A stretch of 64,000 bases of DNA from Haliotis rufescens (Eukaryota): the NCBI RefSeq assembly GCF_023055435.1, contig NW_025964001.1, positions 20,956,001-21,020,000 of the forward strand, in the 5' to 3' direction. The position numbers and the translations under genes are program-made. Positions 11,500 through 25,804 of the stretch are shown in pieces; positions within the stretch are counted from its first letter, which is position 1; every line of letters starts with the position of its first letter. The notes under the pieces are model-generated. The model ran no database searches and was not told the DNA's origin. It saw only the letters and a program-made list of their open reading frames with translations.

Positions 11500-14400
11500 A
11501 TGGCTAACTATATCAGGGACCTGGACAGAGAAAATCTGCCGTATATTGGTCAGCTCAACAGAAACAGGGTTTTGGATGGCACTTCCCCTTCAGCCAGACG
11601 GATACGTGAATTAGAAGAAGAGCTTGGCATCAGATATCAACCAACATCTCCATCAGCTAGCCAGTACTTGGGCAGATACAACCAGGGAGATGTCGGCCGA
11701 AGAGCAGTTACCGAGGTGAGGGAACGATCAGTATATTTTCGTTAAGTGACCCTCATAATAAGACCATTATAATCATTGTCATAGGGCTACACTCCGAGGC
11801 CATGCAATTCCTCTTGTGACATTGTTACAGTCGGATTGACAGAAGAACATGCCCGTAAAATAAAAACATTGTGTCTTTAAAAGTATTTGCTACTATGCTT
11901 GTTGTAGAAATATTATATACAACATATAAAAATAACATTAAAGCCACATGCCATCTTTCCTCCTTATTGGAGACATGTTGAATCTTGAACTAGATGAGAT
12001 TTTTTACTTATAATGCTGAATAATATGTGAAATGTCATGATTTAAATACCTGCAGTTCACAAATATCATTGGAACTCTGATTTTGATTTTCCTCTGTAGG
12101 TAAAAGTGTTTATGGATTAGTGGCAATAGATCAATTATGTTGGTGGTGGTATTTAATTATGTATCATTCATAAGTAAATGTAAATATTTAACTGGATGTT
12201 TCAAATTCATGCCTAATGACAGGTTATAGAAATGAAACTATTGTCATTAGTTCATATTTTACAAAAAAGTATTATCTGTCATTCATATATTTCACTGCAC
12301 GACAACCAAGAGTTACCTCCCTTGGAGTGTTATTTACATGCTACCTAGCAGCACAACATAGGTTTGTTTTAAGTCAAATATGAACTGTGAGGATTTAAGA
12401 AATTGGAAAAACTTAATTACTATTGAATAATCATTTAGACAGGAAAACTTATTTTGATGAGGGGTTGTTTTGCTTTGTTTATCCAAGTGATGGACAAACA
12501 ATAGATGTTTATTTATAGTGAATGTACATGATGTAGTCAAGATTAATCATGATGCCAAATATTAGTAACAATTATGTCTACCATCCTGTTTTCATTGAAC
12601 ATGTTATTTTATTCATCTGATCTTTGAAAATAACATTTTGTTTTATTATAAACTTTAGTAATAATCAAATGGTTAATTCAAATGAAGAATAAACAAAAGT
12701 ATTACCCTTTGAAAACAGGTTTGTAACTATGGTATTAAGCATTGTTGATATGATAATTAACAGACATACTTTTTTAAGTAAGTAAACCAGTCTTTATAAG
12801 TCATGTTTACGGTATTTGGGCCTGACTAAAAACATATGATAGATACTTGATTGTAGAAATATTATATATAAAACCATAACCTGCTATTTTGTGTACATTA
12901 ACAGAAAACTGTTAAAACATTTTTTTAAAATACTGGTACATATGTTATTATTTTTATATAGCCTCAATGTATTACTTGGACACCTCAATTTCAGATGTCA
13001 GATCAGCTTAAGTCTGCCCGAGAAGAGCTCAGAAAGAAGGATGCCCTTATACAACAACTGTCAAGGTAAATAAAACTACAGTCAGTGTGAAAAATGTTTT
13101 ATTTAACTTTGCCATTGGTTTGCCTTAATTCTGGTTTATTTACCATGTTTACACAAATCAATTTCTTTGTAATAGGCACTGTTATTAACAGATACTCTTG
13201 AAACTGACTTTGTAGTCCAAATAATTTTCTAAAACCTGTTAAATGTAAATTGTGATATGATTGTTACTTGATTATGGTTATACATATTGAACTGTGAGAC
13301 CTCCTGTATCTAGTTCATTATAAATGTTTTTTTCAATTACATGTCATCATTGTAACTGGACATCTAGAAATTCAAATAGAATGATTACGTTTTTCTTTCC
13401 TTCAGTTTGGACTCCGCACCAAGAATTCACAGATCACCTGATCCTTTACGGGTAAATTATGTTCATCGTCTACAGCAGTGTTGACAGTAATATTTTTACA
13501 AGGACTGATAATCTTAGTAATATTTTTTAACTTATTTCACTTAGATCATTACTAAATTCCTTTTAGGTATATTGTCACAGTGATTTTTCCAAACTTAAAA
13601 AAGATACATTTTACACAACTTAAGGGGAACAATTCAATTTTAGGTAATATTGAAATGATCTATTTGGTGAGGCCATTCTATATACTTCCACTCACTGCTG
13701 AAGCTACTCAATGTAACCATTTCTTGAAAAGAGGTCTTTGTGGCCGTAACATATTCTAGATGTATAAAACTGATGTACGCGGATAATGCATAGATTCGTA
13801 TGTTTATACTCACTAGTTAGTTCCCCTGTGGGGGTTCTGGGTTAGAATAGGTACCAAGACTTGGTGACTTGGTTGATTGCATTTCATCATACTGCTATGG
13901 CATAGATCATTGCTTACAATGTCAAACACTTGATTGTCAGGTCTAGAAACAGTTATTTACCATGTTTACAGCCCACTGTCATATGGCTGGAATATTGGTG
14001 AGTGCGGGATTATACAACAAACAAACACTAGTTTGGTGTTCCCTAAGTGGAGTCATAGACCATGTATTGGGGTACTCTGTGATTCCATTGTCGAAATGAA
14101 AGTGTATTAATTGATAAACCTGTCCTCTTCAACAAACTTTATACTACGCCATTTCATTGATTTCGTTTCTGTTTTCGTTTTGTCACAGATCGCCTTTTTG
14201 AAAAAAACCCTTCCTTCCGGTTCGGGTATTGTAGTTGGTTGTGCGTTAAACTTGTGTCACAAGAGACTGGATTTGTCCACATTGGCATGGTGGCAGCACT
14301 TTGAACCTATGCTAATACCGATTTCAGCACACAGAAACCGTAATACGAATCCAGTTACCCTCAGACGTTCAACATAAGTGTGTAAACTATGAGCTGAAAC

Positions 14401-17400
14401 TTCCAAAACACACGTCGGACATTTGCATGGGGGTCGTGTAAATTAGGAAGCGGACGTAAAATATGGCCAACACAAAAGCTCCGAAGCAGTCGCAGTTGAC
14501 GATGAATGAGACAATTAATTCTTTCGAAAATTGGAGGCAGAAATTAGTATACATTCTTTGCCTAGACAATAATTTCGCCCCGCCTCACTTGATCACTTGA
14601 TCACTCAATCACTCATCTGACATGACCTTCTTTTCACACAGAGAGGCATCGTGATGGAGTAAAAATTTGATTTTAATGAGACTGATACCTAATCCAGCAT
14701 ACTGAATGTTCAAAATATTTGCTACCCAGTGTTGTCCACATTACATTGAATGACACAAGTTTATTTACAAGGAGAATTAAGTGTAGAGTAGAGGAAGCCC
14801 CTCTATAAGCATGACCAGGTGAACAAGTTTGTGTATATTATAACCTGTAATCTGCTTGCAGGTGGACACTCTGTACCTGGGAGACAGGACAGCAGTGGAA
14901 CAGTCCCGCAGTGAACTGGCAACATCGCAGGTCAAGTTAGAGAAAATACAGATACAGGTAGAATAATTAGATTTACATCCTTCTATCTAAATGCTTTTGG
15001 ATGTTAGTGTTTGTTTACAACTTGACAGGTAAAATATTCAAAAGTTATGTTATGTCAAAAAGCTGCTTGAATATCGAACTTCCTCCTTTAAAAAAAACTA
15101 TCCTTGTACATGACTGTTAATGTTTGATAGAAATAGAATAAGACCACACTGGAGATTAGAGTGCGTGTGTTTGTCAAAGGTAAAAACATATTCGTCTTAA
15201 ATTTAAAAAAAACAACTTAAGTCAGTCACTTACTTTGGAATTATGTATATTGATTTTAAGACTTTTTTTAAGAAATCAAAATATATGTTAGATTGGTGAT
15301 ATGTTTGAATTATTTCCTTACAAGTATTTTTGTTGCAACTATTGATTCAAGATTCATGAAGAAATTAGATTGACGACATGATCTGTCAGTTTTCGGTGTT
15401 CATGAATCAATTAATATAGTACAAGTACATGTATCAATTTCGTAATGGAATTTTTCTGTGGGGAGTATTAGGGTAAATTGTTTCAATATTATTTCAGCTG
15501 AGGGAGGCAGACAATGAAATAGAAATAAAGTCTATAAAAGTGAAAGAGCTTCAACATTTGCTGGAGACAAATCGTGAAAATGAAGCCAAGTTGACAGCTC
15601 TGGTGCAGTCGCTCCGAGACAGAGTGCGTGAGCTGGAGGACAAGGCAGGGTGTATCGAGACAGTGGCTGGACGTAGCGAGTACGCCATTGGATCACTGCA
15701 GAGAGACAACCGTGAGAGCCATGACCGCATCCTGGAGCTAGAGGGGAGGCTGAGGAAACAGTTGGAGGAGCGCGAGGCGTCCGAGGCCCGAGCTGATGAG
15801 TGCCAGAAGAGGCTGACTGAACTCCAAGCCCAGCTGAGTGGGCTCCTCCGAGCTGATGACCTGTATGAGTCCACCCCCGCATCTGTAGAAACCATTGTCA
15901 GGAAGGTAAGGGTCAAACTTAGATTTTGATAATCTTTAATGACAAAAAGTAATCATATCACATTTAAAATTCCTTTGGCCAAAATTTGAATGCTTATATT
16001 GTTTGTTTTTAAGTGAGACTGATTAATTATGTTGTGGACCTTTTTGTTGTTTTTGCCGTTCGTACATCAACAGAATTACAATCACTTTAAAAAAATAAAT
16101 GTTTATGAACAGAATTGTGTTATTATGCAGTGTTTTCTTTCATATCTTGTAGTTTGTCTTCTTGTATAGTTTATGATCTTTGATGATGTTTGTTTGACAA
16201 TGATTATTAGATTAGTGAGTGGACAGTGTTAATTATTGATGTCTGAAGGTGATGTGGTAAAAGAACTGCCAATTTTCATCTTCCAGATGACAGATCTGAT
16301 GCAGGAAAACGCTATGTTGAAAGGCAAACTTCTGTCCCTGAACGAGGCCTTGAACAACACAGAACTGGAGACCAAGGCCAGTCGGGAAACCATAATGAGG
16401 CTGGTGTCAGAGGTCGGGCGTGAGCAGAAGGTGGCCACGAGATACACAAGTGAAATTGACTCTCTCCGAATGGTAAGACAGGACACATGTAGAATTTGGA
16501 AATGAAATGATTAAATACAGTTTTAGCTTGTTAACCTTAGTTCCATCTGTTTTAGCTTGTTCACCTTAGTTCCAACTAAATGGTGGAGGCCGATACGTTT
16601 TCTGAAGCTGAGGTTGTGTAGCCACCTTGCTGGGCTCTGAAATACTCTTCACCTCTGAAACACATTTTCGTGCACTCTGAGATTAAATCTTCGCTTCCAT
16701 TTGCCTCAATCCATGTTGATTTCTGAGCAAATACAGATGCTGTTGTACACAACATTACAAAATGGTGGCTGGTTGTCATTCTACTGAGATGATGGATATA
16801 TTTCTTTGAGTTCACAATTCACACGACCTCATCCCCACAAATTATTTTCTCATCGAAATTACATGATTCACGAGTAGTGTCCAATTAAAAAAATGAAACT
16901 TAGATGGAGAAGGGGTGAATTTTGACAAGACTGATGGGCCATCTACGTAACGTTTCAGCAAGCCGTTTGTAATTTTAATGGGCCAGGAGTTTAACTGACC
17001 CTTGTAACATTTCCTACTCTTTATCCCAGGAAAGAGACAACGCATTGGCAGCCAGACGAGAGGTGGAGAGGGAGATTGAATTAATGAAGGAGAGGCTAGA
17101 TGCCAACCAGAGGTCGCTGGATGCCACTAGGGGTGAACTGGAGCTGAGACAGGGACGTCTGTCGTCTCTGGACCGGGAGGTTCGTGAGACTTCGCACAAT
17201 GTCCGCAGTTGGGAGAACCAGTACCATCTGTTCCGGGAGCAGATCGCGGGTCTCCTGAGCAACGCCTTTACCATGGTGGAGCCCAGTGAAGACATGATCA
17301 AGGACACGATCAGGAGGATGGCACAGACCAACAAGGAGTATGAAATCGTGAGTAAAGCAGGGATGATTATTCTTCATTTAAGTCTTTTTAATCAAGAGTT

Positions 17401-20400
17401 GAATTTGAATTTCTGAAAATTGAATGGACCTCCCTCCATCTGCAATAGAGACAGAGGCACCTGATAGGCCTACTTTATAATAATAGATATTATCATTATA
17501 AAACAGACATTCTATGATTACATAGAGCATCTCTCCCGATTGTCTTTTGATATCAAATATATCTACTCTCGTCAATAAAAGTTTAAAACTCTGATGCTTA
17601 TCATGTTGATATATTTCCTTTTTTTTTATCATCATACATCATTCTTCCAACTTTTCAGTGTGTAAACAGTGAGTGAGTGAGAATGGTTTTAAGCCGCGTT
17701 TAGCAATATTCCAGCAATATCACGGCGGGGGACACAAGAAATGGGCTTCACACATTGTACCCATGTTGGGAATCAAACCTAGGTCTTCGGCGTGACGAGC
17801 GAACGCTTTAACCACTAGGCTACCCGACCACCCCAGTTTGTAAACAGTCATAAGCAGTGTCTTGTGTATGAAAAGTACTGGTAACCAGCTTTTGTAGCAG
17901 AGAGATTAGTGATGTCATTTAACAGTGACGTCATGGTAAGCAATGACGCCACGATGGTCTGCAAAGCATTGAGAGATGTCCCCCAGGAGAGATTGCAGCA
18001 TCTCACCCATACAATCCCTACTGTGGAGCCCCGTTTTGGGTTATAGATGTTAATTTTCCCTTTGCAGCAATTGGGGAGCCTGGAATCCCGAGTGAAAGAC
18101 CTAACGGAGCAGCTAGAAAATCAGTATGATCTTAATCGGTCAAGCAACCAGAGGTACAAGCAAAATGAGACCAGCTTGTATGATCTGGAACAAAGACTGA
18201 GATGTACGGAAGGCGAGCTTGCAGCAGGGGATCTACTTCGTGATGGGCTCAAGTCAGAGAAAGAGAAGGTGAAAAAATATAAAAGGATGGTACCCATTTG
18301 AATGTTTAATGGATTAACTGGACTGAATGAATGATATAATGTTACTTTCATAGCTGAACACAAATCATTGTCCCTTAATGAATGTCAAAGGCCAAGGATG
18401 CATGGCATTCATTTTGCTCTCGTCTTACCTCATCAAACTGTTAGGGATTGATTTTGAGTGTGAAATAATTTTGAAAATAAAGAAATATAAACTTTAAAAT
18501 ATTTTTATTAAGAAATAAAGTGTCAACCTTATGAACTAATATATCATCTCCATGTCTTATAGTACAGCTTTTTAACATGTACATGCTCTCAATTTTCAGT
18601 ACATGCGTCTGCTGCAACGGTTGGGCGAGAAGATGAAGATGGACCACATTGCCCTTGACCTTGGCTTTGACATGACAATAGACGCCATCATGGCGCGAGC
18701 CGGGCAACTGGTGAAGCTTGAAGCTGATGCTCTGGCAGACCGCAGCACCCACATATACAACCTGCAGCGCAAGGTGAAGAGTCTCAAGGAGCAGCTGGAG
18801 AGCAAGGACCTCCATATTGACCTGCTCAGGAAGAAGATGACAGGTCTGGAGGAACGAGTGCATAGCCGCGGTGACGTGGAGAAGGAGCGTGACGGGGAGT
18901 CGATGCGGGTGCGGAAGCTGGAGAGGCTGGTGGACAAATACAAGCTGCAGCTGACAGACGCCAGACAGGAAGTCCAGAACCTAAAGGCTCATCTGCTCGG
19001 CTCCAGTGAAATGAAGGTGAGACCAAGTGACCAGAGGCACTACTTAAGCATTTGGAACTCATTTCTTTATTCATGCTTAATGAGATGGACTTAATGGCCC
19101 TTTGAACAGTACTTGTGTTAAGTAAGGCTTCGTCTTTATGTTGGAGCTACACCCAATATCAGGCAGGTCCTAGGTGTTTACCACCTTCTCAAGTCCAATG
19201 TGCACCGGCGTGTGCTGACAACCCAGGGATCATAACTGAAGTTAATCTGAGATCATGGGATCCAGCATTTCATGTTTAGAACTCACTTGACATAATTATA
19301 CTTTCCTTTAACAAATATTTTAAAATAAATGTTAATAAAGTTCTTTTGAGCACAGTTATCAATCACGAAATGAAGTTTAGATTCTGTGTGCACTTGTGTA
19401 CAAGTGTAAGCAGTGCATAGTGTTCCACTAGAGCCAGTCTGCAATTATGATCTTATCCCATCTTTTGATAAATGACAGTTTCAGTCCAAGTATATATGGC
19501 TGAATGTATGTGACATCCAATACCATCTTACTGAGGCAAGGGGAGTAATTGACTATAAGAGTCCAGTTTCTATCCCTGCCAAAGTAGGCTGCAATTTCTT
19601 ACTTGATCGTAGCGCCACGAGTGACTATTACAAGTTATGGCCCTTCTATGTCCCTTTTACTAATAAGGCCTAAGGTGAAGAAATAAAATTGGTTCTCATG
19701 CAGTAGCTTTTTTGCAGGCAGCCTTTTTTGTTGTTGTTTGGTTGCGTACAGACTAGTAAGAATCCAAATTCGTATATCGCTGTGTATAAAGCGAGTTTTT
19801 CATAACTTAAAGAAGGCCTTCAAGAGGGGGGCAAGGGGAATCGTATGTGAAGTGATCGGAAGATCGCACAACTCACCGTTATTTACAGCAACCACGGTCA
19901 TATCGTTATTGACACCTTGAAACGAACTCCAGTGGAAAGAGAATGGATATATATATCATAAGTGCCATACACTGAATCGCTGAAAGTCATATTTGCTGTA
20001 GTTCAACAATGAGATGTCAACATAAAGTTTTCGCAATCGCGGCCGCGGGAGCATCGGAGTTGATTGGTCAAATTCTTTCATACGAAAACATATCCGGCAT
20101 TAGCAATCAGCTGAACCAAAGTGCAACGCTTATGTTTATTAATTTATTTCACATGTACCATATTCGACGTAATAAGCACCCGGGGCACTCTAAACAATCT
20201 CAAAAAGGGGGCTCTTATTAGAATATAATTTTGGTGAGGGAAAAAACAGACTGTGCTGGTCGTAAAAGGCGGCTTAATGGATTGGGTGGTCAGACTCAGC
20301 AACTTGGTTGATGGGGTGTCATTGTACACCGACAGCCTGGATAATTAGCTCACAATATCAATCACTGGATTGCCTGGCCCATACTTCTTTATTTACAGCC

Positions 20401-22033
20401 CGCTCTCATATAGCTGCAATATTGCTGAGTTGGGCGTGAAACTACGAACACACATTAACTGACCTTCCTGTGTCAGGTACGCACCATGGAGCAGCGCAAG
20501 GACATTGATGAACTGGCCCAGCAGGTGGAAGAACTCGAGGACCTACGCAGGAAGCAGAGCCGGAAGATCGCCAACCTGAAGTCGGAGGTGCAGTACCACG
20601 AGAACGAGAACCAGGAAAAGAGGGTGGTGTCTGACAACGCTGTGCACGCTCTGTCTGGAGAACTCAAGACCACCAAGACAGCGCTACAGAACATCCAGCA
20701 TAGAGAGAAACAGGTACAGACAGTGCCGACATGTCGCAAAACATCTCTGTATAGGCGAAAGTATTGTGTGGTTGTTAAGGTAGCTGATCTTATGGTTGTA
20801 ACATGAGTACCCCTTATGGTTTAAAACTCAGAAGTTGTGTTGGTAGACTGAGTGAGTGACTTGGGTTTTATGTTGCTTTTAGCAATATTCAGGCATTATA
20901 ATTGCGGGGACACCAGAATTGACTTCACACATTGTACCCATGTGGGGAATCGAACCTGGGCCTTTGATGTGACGAGTGGACACTTTAACCACTAGGCTAC
21001 CCCACCCCCCAAGGTCACCATGACTAAGAGACATGAGACTGTATATCACCAAACCCACTCACAAAACTTTTCTCGCATGCAGTACAATCTGCAGCTGTTC
21101 AAATAGAGTGATGAATGTATAGTAAAAGTTGTAGCATTAATATTGCTTGTTAAACATTTTCTTCATATCCAATCTCATTAAAATCAGATCTTAGTTCTTG
21201 CTGCTGCTAAACAAAGATCTGTGGACATCCAATTACGGGTCATGTCAGACTGACCTTGCCCAAACTTTGACCAATGGAATGGCTGACAAGAAGTCGACAT
21301 TAGCCAATCAGAAGGCAGCTTACTCGTGCTTTACGGCACTCATTTCAAATTACACCTCAAAACATATTTTGACAAATTCTCGATTAAAAATTTGAAACCT
21401 AAACAAAAGAACATTCTGCAATGGCTAATAGATGGTCCAGATTGTATGGATTCAGTCGTTAACCCCATAACTATCGTTCAGAATACCCAGTGTAAAAAGT
21501 TTTCGAGGTTGCATGATTAGAAATCACATTCCGACTGTCACTTTCATGATCTGGTAAGCGACGCTCTGATTGGTCGGATGAAAGGCCGTTCTGACATGAC
21601 CCCTAATGGCATGTCTTCAGATCTTTGTTTAGCGGGAGCGGAAACTAAGATCTGATTTTAATGAGATTGCTTCATATCACACAATTTGTCATCATTATTT
21701 TAACAGCTGTTGGACTTCCGTAATGTGGTGGCCCGTATGCTGGGCCTTGAGATCAACTCCCTGGCTGTCCCCGACTACGAGATCATCTCCCGCCTGGAGA
21801 AGCTCATCCACACCCACCATCAACAGACTCACACCAGCATGAACCTGGAGGAGGCCCTCGCTGACATGGAGGACGGTTTCACCAGCGACTACAGCACCAC
21901 GCGGCGAGCTCTGACGACCGCTGACCCCATCATGCGCAGGTCACGTGACAAGTCTCGCAGGAGGGCAGCTCGGGCTCAAGTCAGGGCAAGATCGCTTTCG
22001 CCAACGAGACGCATTGACCCAAGATCTTATTAA
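11500..22033 (+). CDS. CCDC170: Coiled-coil domain-containing protein 170-like, 11 exons, about 840 aa
   Basis: Exons 11500-11715, 12995-13065, 13406-13451, 14862-14957, 15498-15905, 16287-16472, 17030-17347, 18068-18268, 18600-19016, 20477-20713 and 21707-22033. All GT-AG, phases consistent, total 2523 nt with no internal stop. Heptad-rich, with CCDC170 motifs [31 protein letters not shown] and [28 protein letters not shown]. Confidence 0.9.
14100..14582 (+). mobile_element. Truncated 5' end of an LTR retrotransposon (LTR end, PBS, gag start) in CCDC170 intron 3
   Basis: ...CA followed by PBS-like TGGTGGCAGC at 14288-14297. ORF from 14463, [40 protein letters not shown], resembles Gypsy gag N-termini of marine invertebrates. 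Confidence 0.6.
17668..17834 (-). mobile_element. SINE family A (tRNA-Asp-like head), CCDC170 intron
   Basis: GGTAGCCTAGTGGTTAAAG...GTCACGCCGAAGACC..GGTTxGATTCCC head resembles tRNA-Asp(GTC); shared 3' tail plus (ACTC)n. Other copies at 20848-21010 (-), 23538-23665 (-), 24316-24459, 36885-37013, 39071-39219, 40998-41132, 47417-47571 (+) and 55450-55570 (-). Confidence 0.85.
20848..21010 (-). mobile_element. SINE family A
   Basis: Similar to 17668-17834. Confidence 0.8.
21170..21669. mobile_element. Non-autonomous DNA transposon with long TIRs and a 9-bp TSD (AcademH- or MULE-like)
   Basis: TIR CAATCTCATTAAAATCAGATCTTAGTT... at both ends (about 100 bp); TSD cttcatatc at 21161-21169 and 21670-21678. 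Confidence 0.85.
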
Positions 22034-24225
22034 ATCAAAACTCTCCACACTAGAAGTTGCCTTATTGTATATTAAACAAGTCTCCATAGTCAAGGAAGGG
22101 TGTGGGTAAAGGAGGAGAATATGAACTGATATTTTGTCAATGGTGGTTAAACATGCATCCGTGCTAAGGCACCCTGTCAGATCTTGGCTCTTACATGTCT
22201 AAGGTAAAGGGCTGTCTTTTACACTTTCATTTCGTGGATAAGCGTTTAGTTCCACTTAAACATTCCGACAAGAAAACTTGTAATTCTACATTTGTATAAT
22301 AATTGTACAGTAAAGTATTGACATTTTCGAAATAAATGAATAATTTTGTCAGTTTAATTAGGCAATAGTTTGTTATTCTCTATTACTGATACTGACGTTT
22401 TTCGCAAATATATATTGATTTGACTCTGAAAACATATTGCAAACAGCTTTTTCCCCCATTTTCTGACTTGGAGACCCTGGATGTTTAGAGTAGTACATCA
22501 TCTGTGATACGTCCTGTTGCCTTGTGTTGGAAGCATATCTTTATTGTTATTGATTATTGTTACTGGATGACACTATGTACAGCATTCTTCATCTACATTG
22601 TTGTCATAGCAACACATCCTAACATGTTTTTATCAAATTGTTGACAAGATTTTTAGCCTGACTCAAGTAGCTGTAGATATATTTATCCTTGAAACTCTAG
22701 ATCTAGGTCACTAAGGTCACTTTATACTATATGAATGCTAAATTAATTCACAATTATTTATTATCACCATTATTAAAGAAAATCTTTTATCAAATATTAT
22801 ATCCTATTTATGTTCGCAGGTCTGTTTCTTTAGTGTTGGGTTTTGTTTAGTCCACTGCCAAGGTGCTCGGTGATCGTAATGTTCCTAGGGGTGATTTAAT
22901 GTGGTGAAAAAACAACAATTTCACATAAATTGGCAAAAGTGTATTCATTAGATCTGAACACATATCCTAGATCCTACACGCAAACATTATGCACACCAAA
23001 TGTTGTTATTATTTTAAGTAATATGCTTGTTGAATGGTTCTTCATCATACTCATTTACCCCCTCCATCTATAGAACTAGGCAGTGAAGAAAAGGTGGTCA
23101 CTAGTTGACCCTGACTTTAGGATTTAAGATTCATAGTCAACAAATTTTTAGCTAAGGATGCAACCATTTAATATTCTGAGTGAGTGATGGAATACCGTAT
23201 TCAACGTAATAAGCGCCCCGCTCTAATAAGCGCCGATGGCGATATTTGCTAATATATTGTCCAGTAAACAATCCTAATTAGCACCCCTTCCGATTGATCA
23301 ATGTACACAAGACTTATTTATTTATGTTTAATACGCACTCATGTGTTATATGCACACTTAATTATGGGCAATTAAATTCTGGAAAAATATATCTGTCGTA
23401 CATAAACATTTCAGGATGTCAGCATAAACCACGAAATTTATCTTTTAACTCTGTTTTTTTACTAAAATAATATTCTAATAAGAGCCCCCCATTTCTAATT
23501 TTGAGAGCGCCCTGGGCGCTTATTACGTCAAATACAGTATATGGTTTTACACCGATTTTTGCAATATTCCAGCAATATCATAGCGGGTACACCAAAAATA
23601 GGCTCACACATTGTACACAAACCCAGGTGTCCGGAAAACACTTAACCGCTAAGCGACCCCAATGCCCCATTTGATATTCTGAAGGGTGAGGGGGAAGGCT
23701 GAGATTTGTTTCAAATTTTTTTCCAGAATTGTCCTCTGGCTTTACCCACACAAATAAATTGTTAACTATACATGTTGGCTGTACTGAAAGAAATTGTGAA
23801 TTTTTTTTTGTTCGGATACCCCTTTGACAGGAAACAGATTGTGTGTTTTGAACAATCACTGAAAACAATATCCGGTCTCCAACAAAAAGGAATGCACTGG
23901 AATAAGAAGCACATGTTTGCAAGAACATTTCCTCCACCAAGGATAGATGGAGAGGGTTAATGCAGGTGTGGTATTCAGGGATATCAGTATATATGTTTTC
24001 ATTCTGCATTAAGTCAAGCACATTTTTTTGGAATATTGATGTCAAGAATTTTGTATTTTATTGATTCTGTGGTACAGAAACTTCTTCCAGATCTCTGTTA
24101 TGTGATGTGCATCATTCCGCCTGTCTACTTTTTATGTCCATAACTTTGTATATTTTCTGTAGTTTCATTTTCATCATTTTTGTACATATAATCTATGGAA
24201 TAAAATATTACTAGTTTCTATACAA
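22034..24225 (+). other. Probable CCDC170 3' UTR with alternative polyadenylation signals
   Basis: AATAAA at 22331-22336 and 24199-24204; U-rich tracts around the distal site. Confidence 0.45.
23193..23538. mobile_element. Tc1/pogo-type MITE inserted in a family A SINE tail
   Basis: TIRs taccgtattcaacgtaataagcgccc / gggcgcttattacgtcaaatacagta with TA ends; splits gagtgagtga from the rest of the SINE. Confidence 0.75.
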
Positions 24226-24315
24226 CCAGTATTTGGTGTATCTGTAATACGAGAATAATATTTTTAGGGAATCGGTTGCGAGTTACACGCATTTGCTGTG
24301 TCAAGAATTTCAAGA

Positions 24316-24459
24316 GGGGCGGTCGGGTAGCCTAGTGGTTAAAGCGACCCGGGTTTGATTCCCGACATGGGTACAATGTGTGAAGCCCATTTCTGGTGTC
24401 CCCTGCCGTGATATTGCTGGAATATTGCTAAAAGCGGTGTAAACCCATACTCACTCAAC
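24316..24459 (+). mobile_element. SINE family A
   Basis: Same head and tail with an internal deletion. Confidence 0.8.
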
Positions 24460-25594
24460 ATTTAAGTTACTATCAACATTAGTTCACAGGAAATAGATCC
24501 TCACAGTTCTGATTACGGAGTGGGTTATTCTTGATACACTCATGTGTCATATTAAAGTTCACAAAATGGCCACTGTAGTTCATATGGAGAGTTACTTATG
24601 TCCTCTGACTGCATGTTGTTGGTCCCAGAAGTAGTGAGGCAGATACAATTTTAGGGGGTGCAAATTTGCTGTATCACCTGTTGACCTTTTTTTCCAAGCG
24701 CTACACTCGGTAGTACAGAGACTCCAATCAGAGAGCAGAACTACTAAACTTATAAGGGCTGTATACCGTCATTAAGAAAATTCAAGATGGTTGTTACTGA
24801 CCTAATATTGAGACCATGTGCCGTTATTAACAGCCATCTTGGATTTTAAATATTTCACATGAAAATTCTGGTACAGAAATTCGTTATTCAACTCTGGATT
24901 GTGTTTTGTGTTTCTGGATGATTAATTATGATGTACAAGACTATAGTTTTAAAAAAAAAACACGTTCGTGATTTATTGATAACGATTATTAGTTTAAAAT
25001 TTCAACAAAGTTTCGCCTCTCTAATGTTTGAAGAGTAGTCTCCCTTTGATCCTTAACGTCAAGGGTTGTCAGTGTGATATCATGGTATGCACTGTCATAT
25101 TAGGCTTTTTTATTTCATATTTAATAGTACAAAGACACCGGTAGTGAGACTATTGACCACAACCAATTAAAAATTACATGCAAGAAAGCACATACTATAC
25201 ATCATTTTATGTAATAATAGCTCAACTACCTACATGCGGAAAAGGTGAAATGAAGTGCTATACTGGTACTCTCCCTTTGACTGAGCAGAGATAATGAATA
25301 TCACCATACCATGGTTAACATCGAATGTGAATATATATTTTTTTAAAACTTATACATCTTAAGAAGAAATTCTCTTTCTTTACGTCAATGAGGTCCACTG
25401 AGTAACGTTTCCACCAATATAGATGGGAAACAAAGCTAAACAATAAATGAAAAAAGCCCTTCTTTGTTGTAACTGTACTTGCTCCTATATTCCCAAAATG
25501 TTTATTTAAATGAGTGAATAAGATGTGAGAAAGGATTTTCTATGTGTGCACCAAACAATACTTTATGAACTGATTCGCAAGACGGTTACTTACT

Positions 25595-25804
25595 TACCGT
25601 ATTTCCACTACTAGACGGTCGGGCGACTATTAATTTCGCGCTAGCGGTAGACCCGTCGTCTATAGAGGCAGGAAACTGTCATTATTAATCACCAAAATAT
25701 TACACTATTTGAGACCTGGCGTCTAATAGAGACCCGTATGGCCAGGCGTCAATTGGAGGCCGGCGTCTCTTGGATATCAGGCGTCTTATAGAGGAAATAC
25801 GGTA
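25595..25804. mobile_element. pogo/Tigger-like MITE
   Basis: Ends TACCGTATTTCC / GGAAATACGGTA. Confidence 0.7.

Noticed and set aside
15532-20739. Minus-strand ORFs overlapping CCDC170 exons
   Set aside because: Antisense shadows of GC-rich coiled-coil codons.
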